Positions 1-9,690 of a stretch of DNA of 51,080 nt are shown here, piece by piece. The stretch is from Clostridia bacterium (lineage in GTDB: Bacteria; Bacillota; Clostridia; UMGS1810), in assembly GCA_045532255.1 (NCBI GenBank), contig JAZSFO010000025.1:1-51080 (forward strand), in the 5' to 3' direction. Under the pieces are notes generated by a model. The model searched no databases. It was not told where the DNA came from and saw nothing but the letters and a program-made list of their open reading frames with translations. Both the position numbers and the translations under genes were made by a program. Within the stretch, counting starts at the first letter, position 1. Each line of letters starts with the position of its first letter.

Positions 1-2
1 GA

Positions 3-120
3 ACTCAGTGACAATAACGCAGAGGACACACCTGTACCCATACCGAACACAGTAGTTAAGCTCTGCGGTGCCGATGATACTTGGCGGGCAGCCGCCTGGG
101 AAAGTAGGGCGTTGCTGGGG
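3..120 (+). rRNA. rrf: 5S ribosomal RNA, complete; last gene of an rRNA operon whose 23S lies upstream of the window
   Basis: Conserved 5S core CCCATACCGAACAC-AGTAGTTAAGCTC at 37-63. Helix I closes by pairing 4-12 (CTCAGTGAC) with 111-119 (GTTGCTGGG, includes G-U pairs). Length about 118 nt. An intrinsic terminator follows directly. Confidence 0.9.
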
Positions 121-130
121 TAAACAAAAA

Positions 131-157
131 GACTTCGCATATGCGAGGTCTTTTTTG
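131..157 (+). terminator. Intrinsic terminator of the rRNA operon
   Basis: GACTTCGC-ATAT-GCGAGGTC hairpin (8 bp, one G-U) followed by TTTTTT at 151-156. Confidence 0.8.
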
Positions 158-190
158 TTTTGCGATTTTTATCTATAATAAATAATTCAT

Positions 191-219
191 TTGACTTGCT
201 ATTTTTGAACATTTAATAT
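191..219 (+). promoter_or_regulatory. Candidate sigma-A promoter for the HAD hydrolase gene
   Basis: TTGACT (191-196), 17-nt spacer, TAATAT (214-219), about 40 nt upstream of the ATG at 259. Confidence 0.4.
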
Positions 220-258
220 ATAATTATATTTAATGAAATTACAGAAAGGGCACTGCAA

Positions 259-1080
259 ATGAAAAAATTTGACAACATACTCATATGTACAGATCTTGAT
301 GGTACACTTTTACGAAATGATAAAACAATTTCCAAAGAAAATAAAGAAGCAATTGAGTATTTTAAGGAGAACGGAGGTATGTTTACATTTGTGACGGGCA
401 GAATGTACTTTTATGCCCGCAAATCATATGATATGGTTAAACCAAATGTTCCTGTAGGCTGCGCAAACGGCGGTGCAATTTATGATTATGACAATGAAAA
501 GTATATTTGGAATACGTGTATTGACAAAAATGTTATAAGCATTTTGGAATATGTTGATAACAATTTTCCCGAAATGGCATTTCTTATTAACACGCCCGAA
601 AGAGTATGCTTCTGCAAAAATAATTCATCTACAGAAAAATTCAGAATAGACAACGGTGTTCCTAATGTTGTATATAATTACAAAGAATTTAAGGAAGATA
701 TTTCAAAGATAATTTTTGCAGATGAAAATGAAAATAACATACAGATTCTTATAGATATGTTGTTAAAGCATCCTGACTCTTCTGATTATGATTTTGTTCG
801 TTCCAGTGATTACCTATACGAAATAGTTCCCAAGGGTTATAATAAAGGAACGGTGCTTAAGCATCTGGCTGATTACCTTGGCGTTCCTATGGAAAGGACG
901 ATAGCACTTGGCGATTTTGATAATGATGTTGCTATGATTAAAGAGGCAGGAATCGGGGTTGCAGTTTCAAATGCATGTGAAGAAGCAAAAAAGTGTGCGG
1001 ATATTATTACCGTAAGCAACGAGGAACATGCAATTGCAAAAATTATATCTGATATAGAAACGGGCAAAATTATACTATGA
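259..1080 (+). CDS. Cof-type HAD-IIB family hydrolase (sugar-phosphatase-like)
   Basis: N-terminal DLDGTLL motif I, C-terminal GDFDNDVAM motif IV, and the typical 270-aa Cof architecture. RBS AGAAAGGG lies 8 nt upstream. Confidence 0.85.
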   Translation: MKKFDNILICTDLDGTLLRNDKTISKENKEAIEYFKENGGMFTFVTGRMYFYARKSYDMVKPNVPVGCANGGAIYDYDNEKYIWNTCIDKNVISILEYVDNNFPEMAFLINTPERVCFCKNNSSTEKFRIDNGVPNVVYNYKEFKEDISKIIFADENENNIQILIDMLLKHPDSSDYDFVRSSDYLYEIVPKGYNKGTVLKHLADYLGVPMERTIALGDFDNDVAMIKEAGIGVAVSNACEEAKKCADIITVSNEEHAIAKIISDIETGKIIL

Positions 1081-1094
1081 AAGGATAAGTACAG

Positions 1095-2162
1095 ATGAAA
1101 ACACTGGCTGAAAATTATACAGTTAATACAAATAACTCGGGTAATTCAAAACATATTATGTACCTTGATTATTTGCGTTCTTTCGCAATAATTGCCGTCG
1201 TGCTATTACATTGTATAAGTGATTATATTGTTTCTGCAGAGCTGTACGGAACAAGATCATGGTATATGAATATTATTATAAATGCTATTGTCAGAACAGG
1301 TGTTCCGATATTTTTTATGATAAGCGGATATCTTATTTTATCCTCAGACCTTACAAAAAACTTCTCGTTATTTTACAAAAAAAGGCTGATGCGTATACTT
1401 GTTCCGCTTATGATTTGGAATTTGCTTTACTACATCTATGATTGCCTTGTAGGAAATCTTTCACCAAGTTTATTGTCTTTTTGCGGATTTGTTGTAAATA
1501 TCGGGACAAAATATCATTTGTGGTACCTTTATACTATAATAGGCTTGTATTTATTTGCACCATTTCTTAAGATTATAGTTGATAATTGTAACGGAAGACA
1601 ACTTTTTTTACTTCTTGGGATAATGATGCTTTGTACATCGGTAATTCCATTTATAAACTTCTTGTTTTCTGTCAATATATATCTGTTTGACCCGCTTTTC
1701 AACGGCTATATCGGATGTTTTCTTTTGGGATACATTCTTGGAAAAACAAACTTTTCATCAAAGAATATATGGATTATAAATATATTTGCAGGAATATCAT
1801 TTGTTCTTTCTGTACTGTTAAATCACATATACTCGTCAAAAGAAGGAATAAATTTAGTGATGAATTCAGGCTATAATATATGCCATTTTATAATTGCGTC
1901 TGCTTTGTTTATCAATGTAAAGCATCTTGTAGGAAATACATCTCCGCTTAACAGGACAGCTTCTTTTGTGTCTGAAATGAGCTTTGGAATATATCTTGTT
2001 CATCCGCTTATTCTTGATTTAACAAAAAGACACATTATGATTTCTCTGTCACCGATATTTTCGTCATTATATATGTTTATTGTTGTATTCTTTGAATCTA
2101 TGCTTCTTTCAATGTTATATTACAGAGCAAATAAGTATTTAGGGAGGATATATAAGAAGTGA
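1095..2162 (+). CDS. Acyltransferase family 3 integral membrane protein (O-acyltransferase-like)
   Basis: Polytopic hydrophobic protein (about 10 TM) with N-terminal YLDYLRSFAIIAVVLLH and a GVPIFFMISGYL signature typical of acyltransferase_3. Confidence 0.8.
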   Translation: MKTLAENYTVNTNNSGNSKHIMYLDYLRSFAIIAVVLLHCISDYIVSAELYGTRSWYMNIIINAIVRTGVPIFFMISGYLILSSDLTKNFSLFYKKRLMRILVPLMIWNLLYYIYDCLVGNLSPSLLSFCGFVVNIGTKYHLWYLYTIIGLYLFAPFLKIIVDNCNGRQLFLLLGIMMLCTSVIPFINFLFSVNIYLFDPLFNGYIGCFLLGYILGKTNFSSKNIWIINIFAGISFVLSVLLNHIYSSKEGINLVMNSGYNICHFIIASALFINVKHLVGNTSPLNRTASFVSEMSFGIYLVHPLILDLTKRHIMISLSPIFSSLYMFIVVFFESMLLSMLYYRANKYLGRIYKK

Positions 2163-3058
2163 AAAAACAAATTCTGTCAAATAAATTAAAGACGGCATTT
2201 ATAATCGGTATTATAATCGCCTTGCTGTCGCTTGTTGTATATTTCATCACATATTCATTGGGTTTTGGGCGTTATGCAGTTGTTGTAGCAGTCGGTGTGT
2301 CGATACTGACATCCCTCTATTCATACTGGAACAGTTCAAAAATAGTTTTGAAAATAAACAAGGCTAAACCTGCAGACCCTGTTATTCACGAGGAGGCTTT
2401 CAGAGCACTCAGAAGAGTAAGTTATTTGGCAAATACTCCCGAGCCTAAGCTATATATAATGAATGACGCCTCTCCAAACGCCTTTGCTACAGGCAGAAAC
2501 CCAAAAAATTCTGTTGTATGCCTTACAACAGGTCTTCTGGAAAAACTGGATTATTATCAGCTTGAGGGCGTTATAGCACACGAAATTGCTCATATTACAA
2601 ACTATGATATCCTTATATCCACAATCGCATCTGTAATGATAGGTATTATAATTATGGCGTCGGATATATGGTCCCGAAGTTTGTGGTTTTCTTCATACAG
2701 ACGCAGAAACGACACAAACAGCGGGGGAGGAATACTTGCAATTGTTGGAATTGTATTTGTTATAATTGCCCCCATAGCAGGACAGCTTTTAAGATTTTCA
2801 CTGAGCAGAAACAGAGAATATCTTGCGGATTCGACAGGTGCATCATACACAGGAAATCCCGAGGGTCTTGCGTCAGCACTTGCTATAATCGGCGGTGATT
2901 CCTCGTCTGTACGCACTGCAAATAATGCAACGGCAAATATGTTTATATCTGACCCCATGAGAGCTGTTAATGCCAAAAGACGAACAAATCTATTTTCTAC
3001 ACACCCTGATATTCAGGACAGGATACAGAGACTAAGAAATATGAAATATAATTATTAA
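2159..3058 (+). CDS. htpX: M48 family zinc metalloprotease, HtpX-like
   Basis: HEIAH zinc motif (VIAHEIAHITNYD), downstream NREYLAD glutamate, and four TM segments. GTG start overlaps the upstream stop (GTGA) with GGGAGG 9-10 nt upstream. Confidence 0.85.
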   Translation: MKKQILSNKLKTAFIIGIIIALLSLVVYFITYSLGFGRYAVVVAVGVSILTSLYSYWNSSKIVLKINKAKPADPVIHEEAFRALRRVSYLANTPEPKLYIMNDASPNAFATGRNPKNSVVCLTTGLLEKLDYYQLEGVIAHEIAHITNYDILISTIASVMIGIIIMASDIWSRSLWFSSYRRRNDTNSGGGILAIVGIVFVIIAPIAGQLLRFSLSRNREYLADSTGASYTGNPEGLASALAIIGGDSSSVRTANNATANMFISDPMRAVNAKRRTNLFSTHPDIQDRIQRLRNMKYNY

Positions 3059-3110
3059 AAAAGATATGCATTTTCGGAAAAAGAAAGTTCCGTTAATGCA
3101 TATCTTTTTA
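3057..3110. terminator. Bidirectional two-tier hairpin terminator between convergent htpX and the deacetylase gene
   Basis: Perfect 12-bp outer stem AAGATATGCATT (3061-3072) / AATGCATATCTT (3095-3106). Inner CGGAA/TTCCG stem. Flanked by A-run and T-run. It fills the whole 52-nt intergenic space. Confidence 0.75.
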
Positions 3111-3878
3111 TTAGTTTGTTTTTTTTATTTGTTTTCCTGCATTATCCATATAGTAATCATCGGTGTATATCATGTCGGCAACTTTTACAAATTCGTATCC
3201 GTCATCTTTGAGTTTCTTAAGAATTAAAGGCAGTGCTTCGGGTGTGTTTTTGGCTGCATTGTGAAAGAGTATTATTGAACCGTTTGTTGTTTTGCTTGTA
3301 ACTCTCTCAAATATTTCATCAGCTGACAAATCTTTCCAGTCAAGAGAATCAACATCCCATTGGATAGTATAGTAGCCAAGGGATTTTAACTTCTTTACAA
3401 CATCGCTGTTATAATCACCATAGGGGGGTCTAAAAAGATTTGGTTTTTTGCCTGTAAGAGCTTCTATCTTTTTACTGCAGCTTTCTACTTCATCAATCAG
3501 TTGGTTGTTATCTATCTTTGTCATGTATTTGTGGGTGTTTGAATGGTTCATTATATCATGGCCTGCTTTAGACAGTCTTTTAACTTCTTCGGGATATTTA
3601 TCTGCCCATTCGCCAACAATAAAAAAAGTTGCTTTAGCGTTATAATTTCCTAATATTTCAATAAGTTTATCAGTATCTTCAGCACCCCATGCCGCATCAA
3701 AAGTCAAAGCACAAACTTTTTTGTCGGTATCAACACAGTATATCGGAAGTTCCTTTGCACTTCCCTGGTTAAAAACGGTTTGTGAGTTGGTATAATTAAG
3801 TGATATCAGCATTACAAGTGCAATTATGCCCAAAATATTAGCTATAAGTTTTTTTGCAGTAAATACATATAGTTTCAT
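3111..3878 (-). CDS. Polysaccharide deacetylase (NodB/CE4 domain), membrane-anchored; PdaB-like motif 1
   Basis: Motifs LTFDAAWG, HSNTH, RPPYGDY and ILFH of the NodB homology domain, with an N-terminal TM anchor. Start trimmed to the ATG at 3878 (MKLYVF), which has GGAGGAAA 3-4 nt upstream. The ORF-track upstream extension has no RBS. Confidence 0.85.
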   Translation of the reverse strand: MKLYVFTAKKLIANILGIIALVMLISLNYTNSQTVFNQGSAKELPIYCVDTDKKVCALTFDAAWGAEDTDKLIEILGNYNAKATFFIVGEWADKYPEEVKRLSKAGHDIMNHSNTHKYMTKIDNNQLIDEVESCSKKIEALTGKKPNLFRPPYGDYNSDVVKKLKSLGYYTIQWDVDSLDWKDLSADEIFERVTSKTTNGSIILFHNAAKNTPEALPLILKKLKDDGYEFVKVADMIYTDDYYMDNAGKQIKKTN

Positions 3879-3921
3879 TATTTCCTCCGCAAAGATATTT
3901 ATATAAAATATATATGGCAGA

Positions 3922-3970
3922 AATAATAAAAATATGCATCTCAAAAGCAATTAAGCATTGAGATGCATAT
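3922..3970 (-). terminator. Intrinsic terminator downstream of ftsH
   Basis: Perfect 13-bp stem ATATGCATCTCAA (3932-3944) / TTGAGATGCATAT (3958-3970), followed on the minus strand by TTTTATTATT. Confidence 0.75.
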
Positions 3971-3984
3971 GAATTTTAAGGCTT

Positions 3985-5907
3985 TTATTCTTCGGTATTT
4001 TCTTTCAAAGGAATTTCGGGGATTTCTTCGGTATTATCCGCTGATAAAGTTTCGGCAATATCCTCGGCATTTTCTGGGGTTAATTCGGGAAGTTTACCGC
4101 CGTCAAATACTATTTCGAATTCTTCTCCCGTTATTTGCTCTCTTTCCAGTAGGGCAGAGGCCACATTTTCTAATTTGTCAATGTTATTCTTAATAAGCGA
4201 CATGCACTCTTCATAACATTCATTGATAATTTTTCTTACCTCATCGTCAATCTCTGCAGAGATTTTTTCGCTGAAGTTTTTGGATTGTACAAAGTCTCTG
4301 CCTATAAACACTTCATCATTACTGTTGCCGTAGTTAATGGGACCGATGGCATCGCTCATGCCATATTTTGTAACCATCTGTCTTGCGATTTTGGATGCTC
4401 TTTCTATATCGTTTGATGCACCGGAGCTGATATCATCAAGAATGATTTTTTCGGCAGCTCTTCCGCCAAGCAGACCAATGATATCATTGTGCATTTCGCC
4501 CTTAGTTGTATAATATTTATCTTCAACAGGACGATACATTGTATATCCTCCTGCAAGACCCCTGGGTATAATAGATACCTGGTGAACAGGGTCATTATCG
4601 GGAAGTAATTTTGCAATTATTGCATGACCTGCTTCGTGGTATGCGGTGAGCTTCTTTTCTTTTTCGCTCATTTGTCTGCCTTTCTTTTCTGTTCCGACAA
4701 CAACCTTTATCATAGCATCATCTATATCGCTGTTTGTAATCTCTGTTCGGTTTCTCCTTGCGGCAAGAAGTGCAGCTTCGTTAAGCAGGTTTGCAAGGTC
4801 TGCACCAGTAAAGCCTGCTGTTGTCTTTGCAACAACCTTGAGATCTACATCCTTTGCAAGAGGCTTGTTTCTTGCATGCACCTTTAGAATATCTTCTCTT
4901 CCTTGCATACCGGGGGCGGTAACTGCTACCTGTCTGTCAAATCTTCCGGGTCTCAAAAGTGCATTGTCAAGTATATCGGGACGGTTTGTAGCGGCTATTA
5001 CTATAACTCCTTGGTTAGCAGAGAAACCATCCATTTCTACAAGAAGCTGATTGAGGGTTTGCTCTCTTTCGTCATGACCTCCGCCAAGACCTGCACCTCT
5101 TTGACGGCCTACAGCATCAATTTCGTCTATAAAGACAATACTTGGGCTATTCTTTTTTGCCTGTTCAAAAAGGTCTCTTACTCTTGATGCACCGACGCCG
5201 ACAAACATTTCCACAAAGTCCGAACCGCTTATTGAGAAGAAGGGGACACCTGCTTCGCCTGCAACAGCCTTTGCAAGAAGTGTCTTACCTGTTCCCGGAG
5301 GTCCTACAAGAAGTACACCTCTTGGGATTTTTGCACCCAGAGCACTGAATTTCTGTGGTGATTTAAGAAATTCAACAATTTCCTGCAGTTCGCCTTTTTC
5401 TATATCGGCACCTGCCACATCATCAAATGTAACCTTGTCTTTGTCGCTTATATGCATTCTTGCACGGCTTTTTCCAAAGTTCATTCCGCCTTGGCCGCCG
5501 CCTTTTGATTGCTTTATGAAGAATATCCAGAAGCATATAAAAACAATGAATATTACAAAAGAGGGAAGCATTGTAACCCACCACGGCGGTTCTGCGGGAC
5601 GCTGGATATCCATCTTTAATGTTCCTGCTTTTATTTGCTTTGAGAGTGTTTCTCCGGAAACTGCATTGAGCAGAGCACTTGACTGTATTTCGCAGGTTAC
5701 ATTTGTAATCTTACCTTTAATAAGCTTGATTTCTGCTCTGTCTTCTATAATTTTAATTTCTTTTACATTTCCGTCTTCGATTTGTTGAACCAGTTCGGAA
5801 AAACTGATTGTTGCGGGAGCGGCATCATAGCTCATAAAAGAGTATATTGCAAAAATTGCAATAAGAAGAACTATATAAACTGCTATACCCTTGAAATGTT
5901 TTTTCAA
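3985..5907 (-). CDS. ftsH: ATP-dependent zinc metalloprotease FtsH
   Basis: Two N-terminal TM segments, AAA Walker [12 protein letters not shown] region, HEAGHA zinc site. Apparent TTG start with AAGGAGG 8 nt upstream. Confidence 0.97.
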   Translation of the reverse strand: MKKHFKGIAVYIVLLIAIFAIYSFMSYDAAPATISFSELVQQIEDGNVKEIKIIEDRAEIKLIKGKITNVTCEIQSSALLNAVSGETLSKQIKAGTLKMDIQRPAEPPWWVTMLPSFVIFIVFICFWIFFIKQSKGGGQGGMNFGKSRARMHISDKDKVTFDDVAGADIEKGELQEIVEFLKSPQKFSALGAKIPRGVLLVGPPGTGKTLLAKAVAGEAGVPFFSISGSDFVEMFVGVGASRVRDLFEQAKKNSPSIVFIDEIDAVGRQRGAGLGGGHDEREQTLNQLLVEMDGFSANQGVIVIAATNRPDILDNALLRPGRFDRQVAVTAPGMQGREDILKVHARNKPLAKDVDLKVVAKTTAGFTGADLANLLNEAALLAARRNRTEITNSDIDDAMIKVVVGTEKKGRQMSEKEKKLTAYHEAGHAIIAKLLPDNDPVHQVSIIPRGLAGGYTMYRPVEDKYYTTKGEMHNDIIGLLGGRAAEKIILDDISSGASNDIERASKIARQMVTKYGMSDAIGPINYGNSNDEVFIGRDFVQSKNFSEKISAEIDDEVRKIINECYEECMSLIKNNIDKLENVASALLEREQITGEEFEIVFDGGKLPELTPENAEDIAETLSADNTEEIPEIPLKENTEE

Positions 5908-5936
5908 AACAAACGCCTCCTTGCATATGTTAATAA

Positions 5937-6485
5937 TTAAGAGTAAATTTCCTTTTTCAGTGCACCGATATACGGGAGATTTCTGTATTTTTGTGCATAG
6001 TCGAGACCATAGCCGACAATAAATAAATCATCTTCCATAACAACACCGCAGTAGTCTGTTGTCACATCTTCCTTGCGCCTTGCGGGTTTGTCAACAAATG
6101 TGGCAATTTTAATTGATTTTGGTTTTCTTTCTTCAAGATAACGAATTAGATTTTTCATTGTATAACCGCTATCGAGAACATCTTCTACAATAATAACATT
6201 TTTGCCCTCTATATCCATTGTGAGGTCTTTTTTTACTACAAAATTTCCGCTTGATACTGATTTGTTTCCGTATGTTGCACATTGCATAAAGTCAATATAG
6301 CAGTCAAGAGAAACTTTTTTTACAAGGTCCGAAGCAAACATAAATGCTCCGTTTAATATTGCAACAAACACTACTTCTTCGCCCTCAAAGTCCTTGTCTA
6401 TTTCCTGTGCAATTCTTGTTGTTTCGCGTTCAATTTCTTCGGGGGAAATGATTAGTTTTTCACATATGGAATTATAGTTTGTCAT
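5937..6485 (-). CDS. hpt: Hypoxanthine-guanine phosphoribosyltransferase
   Basis: PRPP-binding loop [13 protein letters not shown] and C-terminal [17 protein letters not shown]. Start set to the ATG at 6485 (MTNYNS) with GGAGG 5-6 nt upstream. Confidence 0.93.
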   Translation of the reverse strand: MTNYNSICEKLIISPEEIERETTRIAQEIDKDFEGEEVVFVAILNGAFMFASDLVKKVSLDCYIDFMQCATYGNKSVSSGNFVVKKDLTMDIEGKNVIIVEDVLDSGYTMKNLIRYLEERKPKSIKIATFVDKPARRKEDVTTDYCGVVMEDDLFIVGYGLDYAQKYRNLPYIGALKKEIYS

Positions 6486-7860
6486 ATGTACCTCCAAGCA
6501 TTGTTATCATTAGTATTTTTTTTGATGTATTTGTAACTCTTGCTTCTTTGCTTACTCTTAACGGAAAGATAGCAAGAATTTTGTTTTTGCATTCAATAAG
6601 AGGGTATAGACCTCTTTCGTGCGATGGGATTTTGCAGTCTATAAAAAACTTTTTGACTTTTTTCGTTCCGTTCATTCCCATGGGGGAAAATATATCTCCG
6701 TCATTTCTTGTTCTCACTGCCAGATTTTTTTCATCGTAGTTATCGAGAGATATACAAATTGAATCAGGTTTATTAACATATTTTGATACAAATTCAAATT
6801 TATATACCATACCTGTTTCGGAAACATTCAGAACACATGGGACATTTATTTTATAGTTGTATTGTGCTTCCTGCAAAACCCTATTGGAAAATATTATTTC
6901 ATCAGCAGATACAACACACTTTGCACCGTTACCGAATGAATACTGACATCCCGTTGATGTGTTGTTTATCAAAGCGGTAATTTGGGCAAGTGATATGTTT
7001 TGTGTACTGTTGCATAGCTTTTTAAGTGCGGAAATAATAACTCTTCGCTTAAGACTTACATGAAGAGAAGAGAACCTTTGTTTATCAATCTTTATAAGAT
7101 TATCGCACTTTTCTGTAACAGAAAGATTTTTTATAACACTTTCTATATATTCGTTTTCTAAAGAAATTATTTCAGAACATCTTATAATATTTTCCAGTGC
7201 TCCTGAATTGATTTTTTTCATATTTGGAATTATACTGTTTCTTACAATGTTTCTGGCATATATATCCATGGAATTTGTAGAATCAGTAACATAATTTATA
7301 TTATTATCCTTTGCATATTCTTCTATACTTTCGCGGCTTGATTCTATAAGCGGTCTTATTATGTTATTGTTGACTGCTTTAATGCCTTCAAATCCCTTGG
7401 AAGCACTTCCTCTTATAATATTAAGAAGTACAGTTTCTGCCTTGTCGTTCATGTTATGAGCAACAGCAATTTTGTTGCAATTATACTCCTTGCAGGCTTC
7501 ATAGAAGAACTCATATCTTAACTGTCTGCCAGCCTCTTCCGAAGAAAGCTTATGTATTTTTGCATATTCGGGGACACTGACATTTTTTGTTACAAAAGGG
7601 ATATTGTATCTTTTTGCAAAGGACTTTGAAAACTCCTGATCCCGCAAAGCTTCCTCTCCTCTGATGCCGTGGTTAAGATGAGCCGCCGTGATTTTTATAT
7701 CAAATCTTTCTGCTATCGAAGAAAGAACACACAAAAGCGCACAAGAGTCAGCACCTCCGGAAAGCCCTACAAGTATGCGGTCACCGTTTTCAATCATGTT
7801 ATATTTATTTATAACCTCGATTACCTTTGCTTCAAAAGATAACAATTCACACACTCCCAA
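6472..7860 (-). CDS. tilS: tRNA(Ile)-lysidine synthetase TilS
   Basis: PP-loop SGGADS and the conserved tilS-hpt-ftsH order. The start is uncertain: non-ATG candidates are TTG 7860, GTG 7854 and TTG 7845, and the last has GGGAG 8 nt upstream. Confidence 0.9.
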   Translation of the reverse strand: MGVCELLSFEAKVIEVINKYNMIENGDRILVGLSGGADSCALLCVLSSIAERFDIKITAAHLNHGIRGEEALRDQEFSKSFAKRYNIPFVTKNVSVPEYAKIHKLSSEEAGRQLRYEFFYEACKEYNCNKIAVAHNMNDKAETVLLNIIRGSASKGFEGIKAVNNNIIRPLIESSRESIEEYAKDNNINYVTDSTNSMDIYARNIVRNSIIPNMKKINSGALENIIRCSEIISLENEYIESVIKNLSVTEKCDNLIKIDKQRFSSLHVSLKRRVIISALKKLCNSTQNISLAQITALINNTSTGCQYSFGNGAKCVVSADEIIFSNRVLQEAQYNYKINVPCVLNVSETGMVYKFEFVSKYVNKPDSICISLDNYDEKNLAVRTRNDGDIFSPMGMNGTKKVKKFFIDCKIPSHERGLYPLIECKNKILAIFPLRVSKEARVTNTSKKILMITMLGGTYDKL

Positions 7861-7862
7861 TA

Positions 7863-9200
7863 CTAGAATGCAGGCTCCTGATGAGATGTATCAAGATCCA
7901 TAAACTTTGTAAATTCGCCTCGCCATCCCATGTCTACACTGCCTGTACTTCCGTTTCTGAACTTGGCAATAATACATTCTACAATGTTCTTTTTTTCTGT
8001 TTCTTTGTTGTAATAATCGTCTCTGTACAAAAACATAACCATATCAGCATCCTGCTCAATAGAGCCTGATTCTCTGAGGTCGGAAAGCATGGGGTGGTGG
8101 TCTGTTCTCTGGTCGGGTGCTCGGCTGAGCTGCGAGAGGGTTATTACGGGTACATTAAGTTCTTTTGCCATAATCTTAAGGAAACGGCTGTTTTCCGAAA
8201 CCTCCTGCTGTCTTCCTTCGCGGCTGTTTCCTTGTATTAGCTGAAGATAGTCTATTACAATTAAGCCGAGTTGGTTTTTCATCTTAAGTCTGCGGCACTT
8301 TGCTTTGATTTCGGATACGGTAATACCTGCCGTATCATCAATAAAAATCGGTGCCTTTGAAAGAGTGTTTATAGCACCTGCAAGTTTTGCCATGTCATCA
8401 TTATTTATTTCTGCTGTTCTTAATTTTTCGCTGGATATAAGTGCTTCGGAACTTAAGATTCTGTTTGCAAGCTGTTCCTTGCTCATTTCCAGACTGAAAA
8501 TTGCAACAGGAACATTATGTCTTACGGCTGCATTTGTAGCAATATTAAGTGCAAAACTTGTTTTACCCATAGCAGGTCTTGCGGCTATCAGCACAAGGTC
8601 GGATGGCTGAAGACCTGTTGTGCGTAAATCAAGAGTCTTAAAGCCTGTGGGCACACCTGTTATTTTGGAATTCTGCTTCATCAGTTCTTCAAGCTTTGAA
8701 AGATTTTCTGCAAGAACTTCCTTTATGGGATACATATCTGTTATTTTTTTGCTTTGAAGAACATCATATAACTTGTTTTCGGCAGTATTGAGTACCAAAG
8801 CAACATCTTTTTCTGTATCAAAACATAAGTCAGTAATTTCGCCAGATGAGCGTATAAGGCGTCTGAGAATGGATTTTTCCTGTATAATTTTGATGTGATA
8901 TTTTAAGTTTGCAGTTGTTGATACCATCAGGCATATTTGTGTTATATAGTCAACACCGCCAATGTTATCAAATACATTCTCTAGCTCGCTCTTAATGGTT
9001 ACAAGGTCTATTGGTTCTGCTCGGTTGGAAATGTTTATCATTGCCTCAAACAGTCTCTTGTGCTGTTCAAGATAAAAATCATCACTCCTTAGAGAGGAAA
9101 CCACATCGCCTATACATTCATTATCAAATATTATTGAGCCAAGCACATATTGTTCTGCCTCGATGTTGCAGGGCATACTGCGGGTAACATCGCTTGCCAT
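7863..9200 (-). CDS. dnaB: Replicative DNA helicase (DnaB family; DnaC in B. subtilis nomenclature)
   Basis: N-terminal PCNIEAEQYVLGSII, Walker A ARPAMGKTSF, IVIDYLQL, and C-terminal SGSIEQDADMV motifs. Confidence 0.95.
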   Translation of the reverse strand: MASDVTRSMPCNIEAEQYVLGSIIFDNECIGDVVSSLRSDDFYLEQHKRLFEAMINISNRAEPIDLVTIKSELENVFDNIGGVDYITQICLMVSTTANLKYHIKIIQEKSILRRLIRSSGEITDLCFDTEKDVALVLNTAENKLYDVLQSKKITDMYPIKEVLAENLSKLEELMKQNSKITGVPTGFKTLDLRTTGLQPSDLVLIAARPAMGKTSFALNIATNAAVRHNVPVAIFSLEMSKEQLANRILSSEALISSEKLRTAEINNDDMAKLAGAINTLSKAPIFIDDTAGITVSEIKAKCRRLKMKNQLGLIVIDYLQLIQGNSREGRQQEVSENSRFLKIMAKELNVPVITLSQLSRAPDQRTDHHPMLSDLRESGSIEQDADMVMFLYRDDYYNKETEKKNIVECIIAKFRNGSTGSVDMGWRGEFTKFMDLDTSHQEPAF

Positions 9201-9222
9201 TTATCATTCACTCCCGAAATTC

Positions 9223-9669
9223 TTATTTTGCGGTCACATTGACCTTGATTTTTCCGAGTACGGAAGGGTAGAGCTTCGCATCAATTGTATATGTTCCTGT
9301 TTCCTTGATACCATCGGGAAGAACAATTTTCTTCTTATCTACCTTGATACCATGTTCGTTTTCCAAAGAATCTGAGATGTCCTTTGATGTAATCGAGCCA
9401 AAAAGCTTTCCATTGTCTCCGCATTTTGTTTGTATGGTCAGTGATATGTTTTCAAGTTTTTCTTTTAGAGCCTGTGCATTTTCCAGTTCTTGCTGTTTCT
9501 TAAATGCCTCGGATTCCTTTTTTCCTTTAAGATTGTTGAGGTTTGTTGCATTTGCTTCTACCGCATATCCCTTGGGTATAAGAAAGTTCTTTGCATAACC
9601 ATCGCTTATGTTCTTTTTGTCGCCTGCCTTACCCTGTCCTTTAAGGTCTTTTACAAAAATTACTTCCAT
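9223..9669 (-). CDS. rplI: 50S ribosomal protein L9
   Basis: MEVIFVKDLKGQGKAGD...GYAKNFLIPKGYA N-domain. Start trimmed to the ATG at 9669. Confidence 0.95.
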   Translation of the reverse strand: MEVIFVKDLKGQGKAGDKKNISDGYAKNFLIPKGYAVEANATNLNNLKGKKESEAFKKQQELENAQALKEKLENISLTIQTKCGDNGKLFGSITSKDISDSLENEHGIKVDKKKIVLPDGIKETGTYTIDAKLYPSVLGKIKVNVTAK

Positions 9670-9690
9670 TTTATTTACACTCCTAATCAT

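Noticed and set aside
4646-5788. Several ORFs of 94-134 aa antisense to ftsH
   Set aside because: Same reasoning as above: Ser/Ala/Leu-rich antisense frames of a highly conserved gene.
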